Below are positions 23,801 to 32,578 of a stretch of DNA of 64,000 nucleotides, piece by piece. The notes beneath the pieces are model-generated. The model saw only the letters and a list, made by a program, of their open reading frames with translations. It had not been told where the DNA came from and made no database searches. A program made the position numbers and the translations under genes. The stretch lies in assembly GCA_020184695.1 (NCBI GenBank), contig JAANOX010000071.1:118313-182312 (forward strand), given 5' to 3'. How positions within the stretch are numbered: position 1 is the stretch's first letter; each line of letters starts with the position of its first letter. Source of the stretch: Histomonas meleagridis 2922-C6/04-290x (taxonomy: Eukaryota > Protista > Parabasalia).

Positions 23801-23995
23801 ACTGAGAAGCACCTGCTCGATATTTAGATCGAAAAGATCTGGATTAACGAAAATATCTGCTCGATTTGAATGGACATATTTTTTATCATATAAACTGAAT
23901 AATGCTGACAAATTTTTACGCTTAAAGTATGATTCACAAGCAGTTACATGAGCTTCCGGCACAGCGTTAGTGCTGGATGAATGTAGATTTCCCAT
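14846..23995 (-). CDS. Giant HECT E3 ubiquitin ligase with SPRY and CUB-like domains (HECTD4-like architecture)
   Basis: 3049-aa ORF; HECT (GEGATDAGGPARD, ELELLVCG, LPTAATCSS with catalytic Cys); SPRY (FYYEIII...FFINGI...FEYNFGQKEF); CUB-like ETTHNY...EFDPRCATEQNTDYLQIY. Confidence 0.93.
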   Translation of the reverse strand: MGNLHSSSTNAVPEAHVTACESYFKRKNLSALFSLYDKKYVHSNRADIFVNPDLFDLNIEQVLLSTFYSKNWVSSTREKFFDIIVSQINPFLISTNQYSYRFEFIEEIVQNQVHLELKSMENERKQKIKVLTFNALPQTQAPFILQTIFSLFFELKDQINLLTIDEIDNLLNNLLSITELPEFSTYTSSNPQLMNDFCQFLIELSKNSKLSNNLIKSKIINFLIIISNIYGGFYNLLASLYISVIAEPTSTFEQKFSNNFFLLNFPFSKPDYMNIINNEFILNIKDEIYSITTDINWNLYLLTTNFIYVINKKGKIIKKENIKSNKNNFITINNYNNQNIIYILKENYSIDIYNDFKYVKTIQLKEINGKIIGITYDNKYLFVLIEDFLYEYDLYVIDIDNFLVDTKTHIKTSYLIKFIFVFDSSICLYSASNEPILTFKYVNQKIKSFKYKLNNIINDNNNENIYLITSSNKISYLVTQNNENVIVKSFPIFDKNLIPFIKVSNTIKDIKINTFLDFIFEIISTKIYSLYECTKFIFQPLNHNTIQYFRYFSYSPKENIKISIEIGLEILNSKLYSFETRQKILYFILLILIINNFCFIPHFSNIINEIDEEEFNLIRKEREFIELILSSDLLTYYILIESFYIIKISFHYLYYPNFNDFNVFILNNFQNKSKLLSLTFPFLNDSPIIFYIFNKKTLNLLKDYLTPQNIFHITKNVIKYLTPELNFIKQNNILINEKYISKYISTLMRTLIKNLCFFEIFSRKQQALALILRILSQILIIKSSSIISITFSKCCLKFYKKFQKNYIPTNFDLNIDKEQSTIYEEDQTTEIKTERFETTHNYEDNKDIEMKINMPNATEIIIEFDPRCATEQNTDYLQIYDRAEGGSLVTKNLSGPSNSQNWPTKIIIQSDSCRLFFHSDESNNDWGILCIISANILKQSNKFEPNYLLSMINLICYSIGKSLKQSLISFPMTKLEKEFKILLDLKILKNLSNNLKKKIIYKYEKEYYLLINNISNIKTNTVIRSKSESKFINDINTLQTVSQLLENYNLNTLINELTSNELDNLKPANLLLQILYKSQHSSRIKPFPLSLLVERFVLASFILQLDLFQIVLTTLREYIQFNANSTGIAKPPIPIQLLKLVPILYNIRTNLFFAYQKSKQIKRNLNNLRENDIEFAKEMLLKSKFLLLTKSLLNGKECYDENKYKNASNSLLTFIISNIKLIEIKNLLKIKEKRAKIRIKAMNIIKEFLSLNNFTTSTISFLSSLIDSFQIFDDKSLILTITNDLIDKYNENYNEIETIFIKKLTNNSTPNSLRLFLLRILLYPKKNKKINLEDIKLLLNFVSTFKPKTFDEIALTEIIWLLISNLIIKYKNEELSIILNNLLFEKENEENVKSKIILLETLFIPENYFHDINIQLYYDLLPNSSPNFFVNILHFISFYYYKFGINVDNKINFFNENLNCFELFSKFLIYISLAQIYEKIPILKSYLGIESHQLISNELISFFRILIHPKSKSKDIIKTFFNQILNDIINTKNIFDEKEKLLQFLGFLLIFGNGLQTLIQGSYGIITNDENKNDLIKIISYSIYSEYINGIIINKNFDSITISSKYVLPTSRIQINQKYFDFNIEHFEFFQSFHEKSIDILNTNKIYQNHSLIFLTISSFYTFIPLLLQNSDLISNFISLKNIEKWLKFSIFETNETFLYKISQISLKIHDCIYQLSNKNNLVIKSKENFLTYSVLPLNLRNFSPYKMFLLYGNGNINKFCAYTNSSATFISDKIIPSMKTFYYEIIIKETKNTNSLALGFLYYRNSNQFYEQISYNIITNEIISSITGNIELNEPKHNINKNDILSVFLNKERIYFFINGIKITKSIPNPKINNLTPFISINSNDFHFEYNFGQKEFKHINEITEIINIINDKQQIPYIAKAIPFNPNVKATIGLPLYVSRIHLSPKDISPNETIKLTTSMKQKIGKIGIVKEINDNLIKLNFYDPKVGTNELIIFDERFLSNIIIRNYIYTTFGSLQIINQKHLYEIPTNNFQSNYLSIILELNNLTKLISIRMSRYIILLILNYLTTKTINFPFDSEEIVKLLSILIIELYEFYPNFIKNNETFNKNEYFIDKFYMQNILKSILLTFYHSEQKSNLLLLMFNNSLNTISSDKDSFDYIIKNLSNSFKYIINKTFNKFSINEIMNDQNVIGFIPILQTSPSFNVKILINNNITLTSNIDNIRFIELKQIPISGYIQFTQTFEYLKLIFIPIYQTLNDSNLYTSNSSIRILYFLLNIFFLNYKNQNITQKVMDYFKKEFLTKIINVLNNNYIFGNLFCYDFIASLLSFIQWKNDDLIYLNIFSQYFNKFETSINKWTKLNTSEHHSILIKMIYDLTIINTKIYDILEQNFPTKQQIKYCFKILDDKYNEKPKNIFNEIVLNFVIVSALSNDWNYITKFPSFLIFDLFINSYHENETINITNYNDFVKDDLNNDMFRNIILQNASSIKIEFDGIDRIYAYVNDIIVKPIIGEKYFVVNSDHFKLQIPSNIQKFDIKISIHKLKQNIRKKTFVNNFKQFALNVRFISKNWNKKFDELLLKNLNSTLKYNNKLKNIPKQILDERIYLIQRLDNNIDNLLKCVDLTEKLPLSNCLLSAKAAVKTQRKISMFREKVLSELDEGPRLNLKFNRSKAALYMAHPERQDAEPLIEQLMKQVPKRAFKTLKRDSVPWHVELIGEGATDAGGPARDIFSQMCIEVMNPITGLFIETPNRRNNIGENQEVLIPNSYAISEEMQQRFVYVGLLMTIAFISRLQQPFKLAEFVWAYLTGEPLTIEDIYAVDNAFERLMKEIDNNEINDEEAKRRGLTFTAIDSHGAEVDLFPGGSSVKVTQEKLTEYSQLYKKYRLDEMKLQLDRLKEGIRYFFPEEATSLLSPWELELLVCGDMKVSVDDLKKHCKYDAKDHSTQMLWEVLEGFSPEERMLFIKFATGRMGLPPPGMKWHSELSIVWVQAHAIDDQQMPLPTAATCSSSIRIPRYSTKEWMARKIRAAILFGTEIDTDRQVDFSQIAPLS

Positions 23996-24044
23996 AAAAT
24001 CTCCTATTTGTTGGAGAAGTTGATTTTCTGTGCTTTATGCACCT

Positions 24045-24053
24045 GGGGTGCCC
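24045..24053 (-). promoter_or_regulatory. Candidate upstream element GGGCACCCC
   Basis: Same GC-rich word, in gene orientation, upstream of four genes (see findings). Confidence 0.4.
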
Positions 24054-24087
24054 TCGTTCGCGTTATAAAATCCGTTAGTCTTTTTGA

Positions 24088-24903
24088 ATGTTTTACATAA
24101 ATTTTCAAATGATGGGTGTTGTGTTACGCAGTCCTGTTACTGGACGTAATTCTCAATATAGTGAACAAACAGAAAATCATAAAACAAGTAGTAGAATTCC
24201 TATAAAACAAAAATCAAATTTATCTTTAGAGCAGCGGAATTTTTTATCTTCTTTAGATAACTTAAATAGTGAACAAGTATACGAAATCGAAAGGAAAAAA
24301 CGACAACAAAAATTATATGAAGAGTCATTAAAAATACATCTCAGAAGAGCAGCTGCTCAAAAATCAAATGGACATCTCAATACTAATTTTTCACTTAGTT
24401 TTCAACCTCGTACATTCCATAATTATTCTCGTTCGTTAGAAAGTGGAAATACTCAATTTGATTCAAATGATCAAAAATTTACATCGGCTCCTTTAAGACG
24501 AATGAATTTATCAAAACGCGGAGAAAGATCTTTTTCCAATACAGAATCATACCAAGATCATAATGAAACATTTAGTACATCATCAGATTCACCATTTGCA
24601 CGTTCTGTTGTCGAAACGCCACCACGCGGCTTTTCAATATCTAGAGTGGGCCTGAACAAAACAGTACCACTGCCAGAGCTACCTAATCTTACCCAAACGA
24701 CAGAATCTTCACAGACTCAAACAACATCAAATCCAAGCAGCAGCAATCGAACGTTTAAAAAGAGATTCTTAACAAAGGAAATCACAGAAAAGAGTCATCA
24801 AATACCGTACGACGAGAATGGCGTTCCAATGGTGAGGTTAGGAACGTGCTCTGAGTTTGTGTATCCCGACGGGCATTTCGAAACTATAACTTCACCGCAT
24901 TAG
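24088..24903 (+). CDS. Hypothetical Ser/Thr-rich protein
   Basis: 271-aa ATG-initiated ORF with coding-like composition; no family recognised. Confidence 0.75.
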   Translation: MFYINFQMMGVVLRSPVTGRNSQYSEQTENHKTSSRIPIKQKSNLSLEQRNFLSSLDNLNSEQVYEIERKKRQQKLYEESLKIHLRRAAAQKSNGHLNTNFSLSFQPRTFHNYSRSLESGNTQFDSNDQKFTSAPLRRMNLSKRGERSFSNTESYQDHNETFSTSSDSPFARSVVETPPRGFSISRVGLNKTVPLPELPNLTQTTESSQTQTTSNPSSSNRTFKKRFLTKEITEKSHQIPYDENGVPMVRLGTCSEFVYPDGHFETITSPH

Positions 24904-25254
24904 AAATTGTTTGTAAAAGTTTGTTTTTAGTAATTTTTTGTCTTATTTCATATTTTTATTATATGTCCATTTAATGTATCACATAGCAATTTTTTCATCG
25001 CTTATTAAATTCATTAGATTGGATATTATACTTAATTCGACATTATAATTGAAACTCCTTCTTCTTATCACTAGACATTTATCTTTATGAATAATAAAAG
25101 GTTTAAAAAAAATGTCCAATATTTAATGATCATTTAAAAATTTGATGTTTTCAATACATGTACAGATTTTTAATCATTAAATTTTCTATGAAATAAAAAA
25201 CAAATAAAAAAAATATTAAACTATTGTTTACATTTGCGAAACTCAAACAAACAA

Positions 25255-26589
25255 TTACAATAAGGAGCAATGCTTTTCCTGTACGTTCTCCTTCCGTTTC
25301 TTTATCAGCTTGCATATCTTTAAGTACTCGGAGATGTTTCTTGCCGAAACTTTCATCATCAAAATTAGCTCTGTTTCCTCATTGTTATCATTTATGCTAT
25401 TCACGAACAATCCGCTGGATGAAGGGAATGCTATTTCAGCAAAATTATCATCATAATGCAAAGTATGCTGATGTGCTAATACAAAATTTGCATCAACCAA
25501 AACTCGCAAAACCGCATCAATTTGAAAGGAATCTAAGACCATAATTTGATCCTTTCGCGAATTTTTAGCAATTGCGAACGGAATAGGAATATTGTTCTCG
25601 ATATATCGCGGATATCGTTCTTTCAAATATTGTTGGATTCGGGCTAATTTCCGAGGAATGCTAAGGAAATACTTGTCAGAGACTTCGATGTCCATCGGCT
25701 GTGTGATGAATATTTTGTATTTTTGATATTTAAATGCAATAATCGAATGTGGCTTCTTGTCATAATAAATGGGTTGTTGGAAGAAGGAATGACGACCCTC
25801 GGAGTTGATATACATGCCTATTAGCCAGGTAAGGGATTGGTATGTAGTTTTTGGATTATGAAGAAATAGATGTGTAAACTTCCTTCGAAGCCCAAAAGCA
25901 ACAGCCCTGACACTCGTTGGGTCAAGGGAAGAGTATACGACCTTTTTTTGACAGAGAATTGTGATACTGTCAAACTCATTTAATTCTTTTCCATTTTGTT
26001 CAATCTTTAAATTAAGAACCCTCTGACAAAAATCTTGGATTTCAGATGGATCGCCATCCATTGGTTGTCTTTGGTAAGAATTAAATATGTATGTATCTAA
26101 ACTTATTCGATTCCAATTTATTGTAGCAAGAATGGATTCAAAGGCATGAGGAATTGCAACTAAAATTTTTGGATCAGCTGTCATTTGGTTTAAATTTTCT
26201 TCACGAGAATCTGGAAGTGGAACAAAATAATACGAAAACATCATCCTGCAATAATCAAGAATTGCTGATAAAAGCTCCCTATTATTCCTTCCATTATATT
26301 TAATTACAACAGCCATCCAAATTGGCCCAAAGAGCTCGAGAATTGATATTTCTTGCTTATCTGAAAGAATATAATCACATGGTTTATCACTTTTGAAACG
26401 ATTACAAAATGATATAAATGTTATGATTAACCCAGCTTGAATCATTTTTTGGTTGGAATCCGAATCATTTACTGAATGATAAAAATATACCGTTGGGTCC
26501 ACTCCTTCTTTTTTAGGAGGAATACAATTGAAAACCATGAACATGCGAAACAAGGACTCTTGGTCTCCATTAAACTTAATCGTTTTCAT
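25255..26589 (-). CDS. CCZ1-like longin-domain protein (Mon1-Ccz1 Rab7 GEF subunit)
   Basis: N-terminal FMVFN..KEG...YFYH...AGLIITFISFCNRF..DKPCDYI...IWMAVV pattern of Ccz1/Intu longin-1. Confidence 0.7.
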   Translation of the reverse strand: MKTIKFNGDQESLFRMFMVFNCIPPKKEGVDPTVYFYHSVNDSDSNQKMIQAGLIITFISFCNRFKSDKPCDYILSDKQEISILELFGPIWMAVVIKYNGRNNRELLSAILDYCRMMFSYYFVPLPDSREENLNQMTADPKILVAIPHAFESILATINWNRISLDTYIFNSYQRQPMDGDPSEIQDFCQRVLNLKIEQNGKELNEFDSITILCQKKVVYSSLDPTSVRAVAFGLRRKFTHLFLHNPKTTYQSLTWLIGMYINSEGRHSFFQQPIYYDKKPHSIIAFKYQKYKIFITQPMDIEVSDKYFLSIPRKLARIQQYLKERYPRYIENNIPIPFAIAKNSRKDQIMVLDSFQIDAVLRVLVDANFVLAHQHTLHYDDNFAEIAFPSSSGLFVNSINDNNEETELILMMKVSARNISEYLKICKLIKKRKENVQEKHCSLL

Positions 26590-27282
26590 AACCTAATAAA
26601 AGAGAGATGTGAAACGTTGAAAAAAAATTTCTTTTTTCGGCGAAAGCTCAGGGTGCCTTTTACCACTTTTCAATAAATTTTGTTTGGGCACAATGTCATG
26701 ACATGTGACATGTTTTATATGATTGAACGTTAAGTCACCTCACATTTTTTCATCTTCTTCTCATGGTTTGCTAAAATGTTCACTATATGTAAGATGTATC
26801 AAATTGTTTGAAATAGTAATTTTTTGAAAACATTGAATGGTTACAAAAAAATATAAATTTATCTCTCATTTAACTATTGATATATTGATAGAATTTCACG
26901 AATTCATTGTTGTTCATTACATGATATGGAGTAATTCTTATGAATGAATAACCTACTTGAAAATAGATAAGACACTTGCCCAATTGAAAAATTTATGTTA
27001 ATGTTACCACTATCAATTAGTGTTATTCCAACATCCAATTATTTATAGTTTTTGTATGTTAAGATTCTAATATCTTTTCAAAAACTCAGAATATAATTAT
27101 TGATACTTACATTTTCAAGATAAAACACGAATAAATTTTATTCCTAGTAATGTTTATTTTTATAATGTAAAAGATCGCCCAGTTAATATATTCTTTCTTA
27201 ACACATTTAGAAATGAAAATGATTTTTTGTGATTTCTGCTATAATTTTTTACATTTTTAATTGCACAGTGAATTACCAATAT

Positions 27283-29988
27283 TTATGCAGTTGGACATTT
27301 AGATGTTTTAGTTTTTTTGTCCTTTATTAATTTAACAATATTAGTATAATGATTTTTGGATGCAATTTGAAGTGCTGTTTTAAATGATTTGAATTATTTC
27401 CAAATATTATTTCGAAATTAAAAATTATTGAAATAAATTTTAAATAAAACAAATAAGTATCTTTTGCATTAATATCAATTTCTTCTTTTTCAAGAAGTAA
27501 TTTAACGATTTCTGTATTATTATTTTTTGCTGCTTTCATAAGTCCTGTTTCAAATAATTTTAATCATTTCCAAATATTATTTTGAAATATAAAATGAGAA
27601 AAAAAATAAATTTCATTTAAAACATATAAAAACCTCTAGCATTAACATCAATTCCTTCGTGTTCAAGAAGTAATTTAACCAATTCAGTTCTATTCCCAGT
27701 AATCGCTATCGAAAGTGCTGCATTAAATAATTTAAATAATTTCCAAATTTTATTTTGAAATTCGATATTATTCTATGAGAAATTTGACCATTTCTATTTT
27801 ATTCTTTTCAACTGCCAACATAAGAGCTGTTTGAAATAATTTAAATAATTTAAAAAAATTAGTTTAAAACCATATATTATTAAAATAAACCTTATTTTGA
27901 GATATTAAATAATTAAAATAAAAATTTTCTTTAGAATTAATATCAATTCCTTCATGTTCAAGAAGTAATTTAGCTATTTCTATATGAACATTTTTAGCTG
28001 CATACATAAGTGCTGTTTTGAAAAATATAAATAATTTCCAAATATTATTTTTGAAATATAAAATAATAAAAATAAATTTTTAATAAAACAAATCAATGTC
28101 TTTAGCATTAACATCAATTCCGTCTTTTTCAAGAAGTAATTTAACTATTTCTGTATAACCATTTTTTGTAACAATTATAAGTGCTGTTTTGAATTATATA
28201 AATAATTTCCAAATATTATTTTGAAATATAAAATAATAAAAATAAATATTAAATAAAATAAATTAATAATTTTAGCATTAATTTCAATTCCTTTTTGTTC
28301 AAGAAGTAATTTAACTACTTCTGCATGGCCATAAAAAGATGCATGTATAAGTGCTGTCCAAAATTTTCAAAATAATTTTCAAGTATTATTTTAATACTTC
28401 AAATTATTAAAATAAATATCAAATAAAACAAATAAATACCTTTAGCATTAACATCAATTCCTTCTTTTTCAAGAAGTAATTTAACTGTTTCCGCATGGCC
28501 ATAAAAAGATGCATGCATAAGTGCTGTACAAAATAATTTAAATAATTTCCAAATATTATTTTGAAATATGAAATTATTAAAACAAATATTACGTAAAGTA
28601 ATAAACAAACATCTTTGGCATTAACATCAATGCCGTTATATTCAAGAAGTAATTGAACTATTTCTGCATAACCCTCTTTAGATGCAATAATAAGCGCTGT
28701 TAGAAATATTTTAAATCAATCCCAAAAATTATATTAAAATTTCTAATTATTATGATAAAGATTAAGCATAACAAAAATACATTTAAAGCATTAATATCAT
28801 TTCCTTTTTGCTCAAGAAGTAATTTAACAATTTCTGTATGATAATTTTTAACTGCTTCTATAAGTGGTGTACAAAATATTTTTTTAAAACATCAAATTAT
28901 TTTTATAATTATTTTATAAAACAAACAAATCTTTTTCAAATTAGGGTTAATTTCTTCTTGTTCATTAAAAAAGTTCAGTAGTTTCATATTAATTGATTCA
29001 ATATTTGAAAACAATAAAAAATTTATAAGTTTTTTCCTTGAAAAATCAGCAATTTTATTTTCATATAAATAATAAAAAATATCATTTCGATGAACTCAAT
29101 TGCTGCTTCATATGCGCCTTCAAATGATGCTTTATTTTGTTCGCATATATGAATTATTTCTAGATTTCCACCTGCAACAGCAAATTTTGCTGTTTGCTTT
29201 AAGAGAAAACCATTTAACAGCAGATATTTAAAACATTTAATCGAGCCAAAAAATGCTGCATAATCAATTAATGAAACATTTGGTTTGTTAATAAATGAAC
29301 ATTTTTCATAAAGTGATGGGACAATTATTTGATTAAAAATAAACTTCGTTTGTGATGTTATTTCTCGAAGCTTTTCGACATTATCATTTCGAATTATTAT
29401 CGCAATTTCATTTGGATTAATTCCTTCTTCAACTAATTGCTTATGAAGTTCCCAATCATTTTTAGAAAGATTTTCGTAATTACTCATGAAATATGTAGAA
29501 AATAAAATTTTCCAATCTCTCTCTAAAATCTTTTTTAAATTCTCCATTTTTTTATCTGAAATATAATTAGCGAAATAAAATGTTATTTTATCATCAATAA
29601 AATTTGCTGGAATTAAATTTATTTTAATCATTCTATCAAGAAGAAAATAGGATTCTTGTGTATCTAAATGTTGAAGGAATTTGGTAAACGTGTTGAGCAT
29701 TTCATAATCAGTTTTATTGTTTTCTTTCTCTTTGGTTTCTATTTGCTTCAGAAAATTAATATAAATGTTATAATCATTCATTTTTGATTGAAATGCTGAA
29801 TATATAATTCGACTTAAAGCTAATTTAGGAAATGGATATGCATCATCATTAAGTAGATTTATTATCGGATCTACTGATTCATAAATATTTTCTTCAGTTA
29901 AATTAAAAACAATTTCTTCAAGTGACTCTAGTTGCTGTATCCATTTTCTTGATGATGATTCATTTGTTTTATTGGGATTGTTTTCCAT
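27283..29988 (-). pseudogene. DUF3447-type ankyrin gene with 10 insert-interrupted repeats; frameshift near 29094 and one truncated repeat (or assembly error)
   Basis: N-terminal IIRNDNVEKL...SLIDYAAFFGSIKCFKYLLLN; a one-base shift restores HRNDIF...EQEEINPNLKK; 90-nt TAL...DINAKD modules continue to a terminal module ending KTKTSKCPTA* at 27283. Confidence 0.75.
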
Positions 29989-30352
29989 GAAGAAAAAAAA
30001 ACAATATATATATATATATATATTTGTATACTTTATTAGTTTTAAAAGTCATTCAAATTCATTCAACAACAAATCATGATTTTTAAGTTGCATTTTTTAT
30101 TAATATGTTTGAATTATACATATAAATTTAATAATATTTTGACACCTTATAAATGTTGATACATTTCTGTGTTGAAGTTATTTTCTTGTTTACTATATCT
30201 TAAGATATTTTTATATAAAACAAATCAACGTATTTGAAATATTTATGCAAAAGTGCAGATGAACGTTATCCTCTTTCTGCCATTTTATCCTCAACATAAA
30301 AATAAAATATATAAAATCCTTTCATAAAAATTATTTTAGCACTAAGAATTAC

Positions 30353-31264
30353 TTAAAGGAAGTACGAGGAAATTCTGTCTGGAGGTACTTTTCTTTCATT
30401 AGCAGGCACCGCGGAGAACGTTAAGAACTTTCTTTCTCTTTTTTCATTTATCTTTAGAATGGATGCTATATTTCCGGCTCTATACATATAGTTGGGAGCG
30501 GACCATACTGTTACCAAATAATTTCCTCCAAAGTGATATGAGTAACCCTCATTCATCAGCTGATGAGCTCTTACAATGAGCGTGAGCCTGTTATTATGGA
30601 TGAATTCATTCGTTGGGTTACGGCCGTATAGCCATCCCGCGCCACGCATGTTACTGCCCCAATACAAAATGTCTTCAGGATCAGACCAGCAAATATCCGA
30701 CATTGGTCCAGAAGGTGGAATGTCATGGCGACGGTCAATCATCGCAAGTTGGTCAATTAATCTGATATCTGGTGATAATCCTCCATGGACGCAATAAATA
30801 GAATTGTCAATAAGAGCCGCCATTGGAAGCATATCAAATATTTCATTGCAAAGCTTCCAAAGGCCTGTATGACCATATCGTTGAATTATCTCATCATAAA
30901 ATCCATAAAGAATATTGATGCCACGACTTTCGTGGTTACCTCGGAGAAGGAAAAATGAATGAGGATATTTGACTTTATAGGAAATAAGGAGAGCAAATGT
31001 TTCTAAAGAATAATAACCGCGATCAACATAATCTCCTAAAAATAAATAGCGGGTAGTTGATGGATCACCTCCTATCTTAAATAGACGTAACAAATCGTAG
31101 AATTGACCGTGGATATCACCACAGATTGTTATTGGTAATGAAATATTTAAAAATGTGCCTTCTTCAAATAAAATCTCTTCTGCCATGCGGAGGACACATG
31201 TGAGATCGGCTTCTTCAATTTCTTTGTGCTGAAGAACATCTGAAATAAAATGATCAAGATCCAT
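30353..31264 (-). CDS. PPP-family Ser/Thr phosphatase catalytic subunit (PP2A/PP4/PP6 group)
   Basis: GDIHG, GDYVDRG, RGNHE and SAPNY motifs. Confidence 0.96.
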   Translation of the reverse strand: MDLDHFISDVLQHKEIEEADLTCVLRMAEEILFEEGTFLNISLPITICGDIHGQFYDLLRLFKIGGDPSTTRYLFLGDYVDRGYYSLETFALLISYKVKYPHSFFLLRGNHESRGINILYGFYDEIIQRYGHTGLWKLCNEIFDMLPMAALIDNSIYCVHGGLSPDIRLIDQLAMIDRRHDIPPSGPMSDICWSDPEDILYWGSNMRGAGWLYGRNPTNEFIHNNRLTLIVRAHQLMNEGYSYHFGGNYLVTVWSAPNYMYRAGNIASILKINEKRERKFLTFSAVPANERKVPPDRISSYFL

Positions 31265-31723
31265 CCTAAAATTTGTTTTCCAACGATTTAACGTTCTCGC
31301 ATAGTGATAACAACGTTCAAATTTTCAGATGTTTATTTATCTTAAAACTAGAATTACTTCTTTCTACCTGATTTGAGTAGTTTTGATCTTTTTATATAAA
31401 GAGTATTTTTTTTTGATAGCTATCCTAAGAAGTGTGGTCTTGAAATATCCAAAAATTAAATATTAATTTGCTAATTTTTTTTTGGAAATTATTTTAATTT
31501 GATATCAGTATATTGAACGCCTTTCGTAGTATTATGAACGCTGTGTTGTGTGATCTTTTTAGGAAAAGATATTCGAAAAAATCCAATATTTGCCCATTAG
31601 TCACCGATATCTCTCTATTGAAAAGTTTCAGAAATTAATTTATTTAATTCAAAACTTGTGACGTTTTTGCCAAACAATAAAAGTGACACGAAAATTGAGT
31701 TGGTCGGCTATTTATAATTATTG

Positions 31724-32164
31724 ATGAACATAGCTGTTCAACGCGAGCTCATTCAATATAGCGAAGACGATGACTTGAAATTTACAATTGACCCAATCGA
31801 TGATGACATTTCTAGACTTAGAGTTACTCTTAGTCCACCTGAAGGAACACCATATGAAGATGGAATTTTCTTCTTAATCATGACAATCCCATCTCAATAC
31901 CCATCATCCCCACCTTCAATTAAGTTCGAAACAAAGATCTATCACCCTAACATCAACGAAGAAGGAAAAATTTGCCTTGATCAATTAAAGAGCGAATGGA
32001 AATCAAATTATACATTAAAGCATGCTATCGAGTTCATATACTGCTTGCTTAAGGAACCAAATTGGGAAACACCTCTTGTTGCTTCAATTGGTGCTCAATA
32101 CCAAAAAGATCCAAAAGAATTCGAAAAGACCGCCCGCGAATGGACAGCTAAATACGCAATTTAA
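31724..32164 (+). CDS. Ubiquitin-conjugating enzyme E2
   Basis: PPEGTPYEDG, YPSSPP, HPNINEEGKICLD (catalytic Cys). Confidence 0.96.
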   Translation: MNIAVQRELIQYSEDDDLKFTIDPIDDDISRLRVTLSPPEGTPYEDGIFFLIMTIPSQYPSSPPSIKFETKIYHPNINEEGKICLDQLKSEWKSNYTLKHAIEFIYCLLKEPNWETPLVASIGAQYQKDPKEFEKTAREWTAKYAI

Positions 32165-32258
32165 CTAAAAAGGTAATTTCCCTATTTTTAACTTTTTAAA
32201 TTGGCATAAAGGATTGCATCTGTTTGTTTAACCTCCAAACATTTAAAAAAACAAAAAA

Positions 32259-32331
32259 CACACCTACGGGGACTCGAACCCAGAGTCTCCTCCTTAGAAG
32301 GGAGGCGCATTATCCATTATGCTATAGGTGT
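32259..32331 (-). tRNA. tRNA-Arg(TCT)
   Basis: ACACCTA/TAGGTGT acceptor stem, GCAT/ATGC D-stem, CCTCC-CTTCTAA-GGAGG anticodon arm, GGTTCGAGT T-loop, and a downstream T-run terminator. Confidence 0.93.
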
Positions 32332-32578
32332 TTTTCTAATTGGTTGAGTATGATATAACTTTATTATTTTTAATTGAATTTATTTTAGCAGTTGGGATTT
32401 AACAATAAGAAATAATCAAAATAAAACTTTAATGAATCTATTATATACAAATTTTTATCATTAAAAAAAATTACATTTGATATATCAATCCGAGGATAAT
32501 TTAAGAATAAATGATTTATAAATATTTTATAAGAATGCACACAGTATATCTTTTATTTAGACAAATAAATATTCTTCA

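Noticed and set aside
26641-26700. U5 snRNA (GCCTTTTAC loop followed by an Sm-like AATTTTG)
   Set aside because: No convincing long stem around the loop; it sits in the CCZ1 promoter and overlaps the recurrent GGCACCC word. An Rfam scan would settle it.
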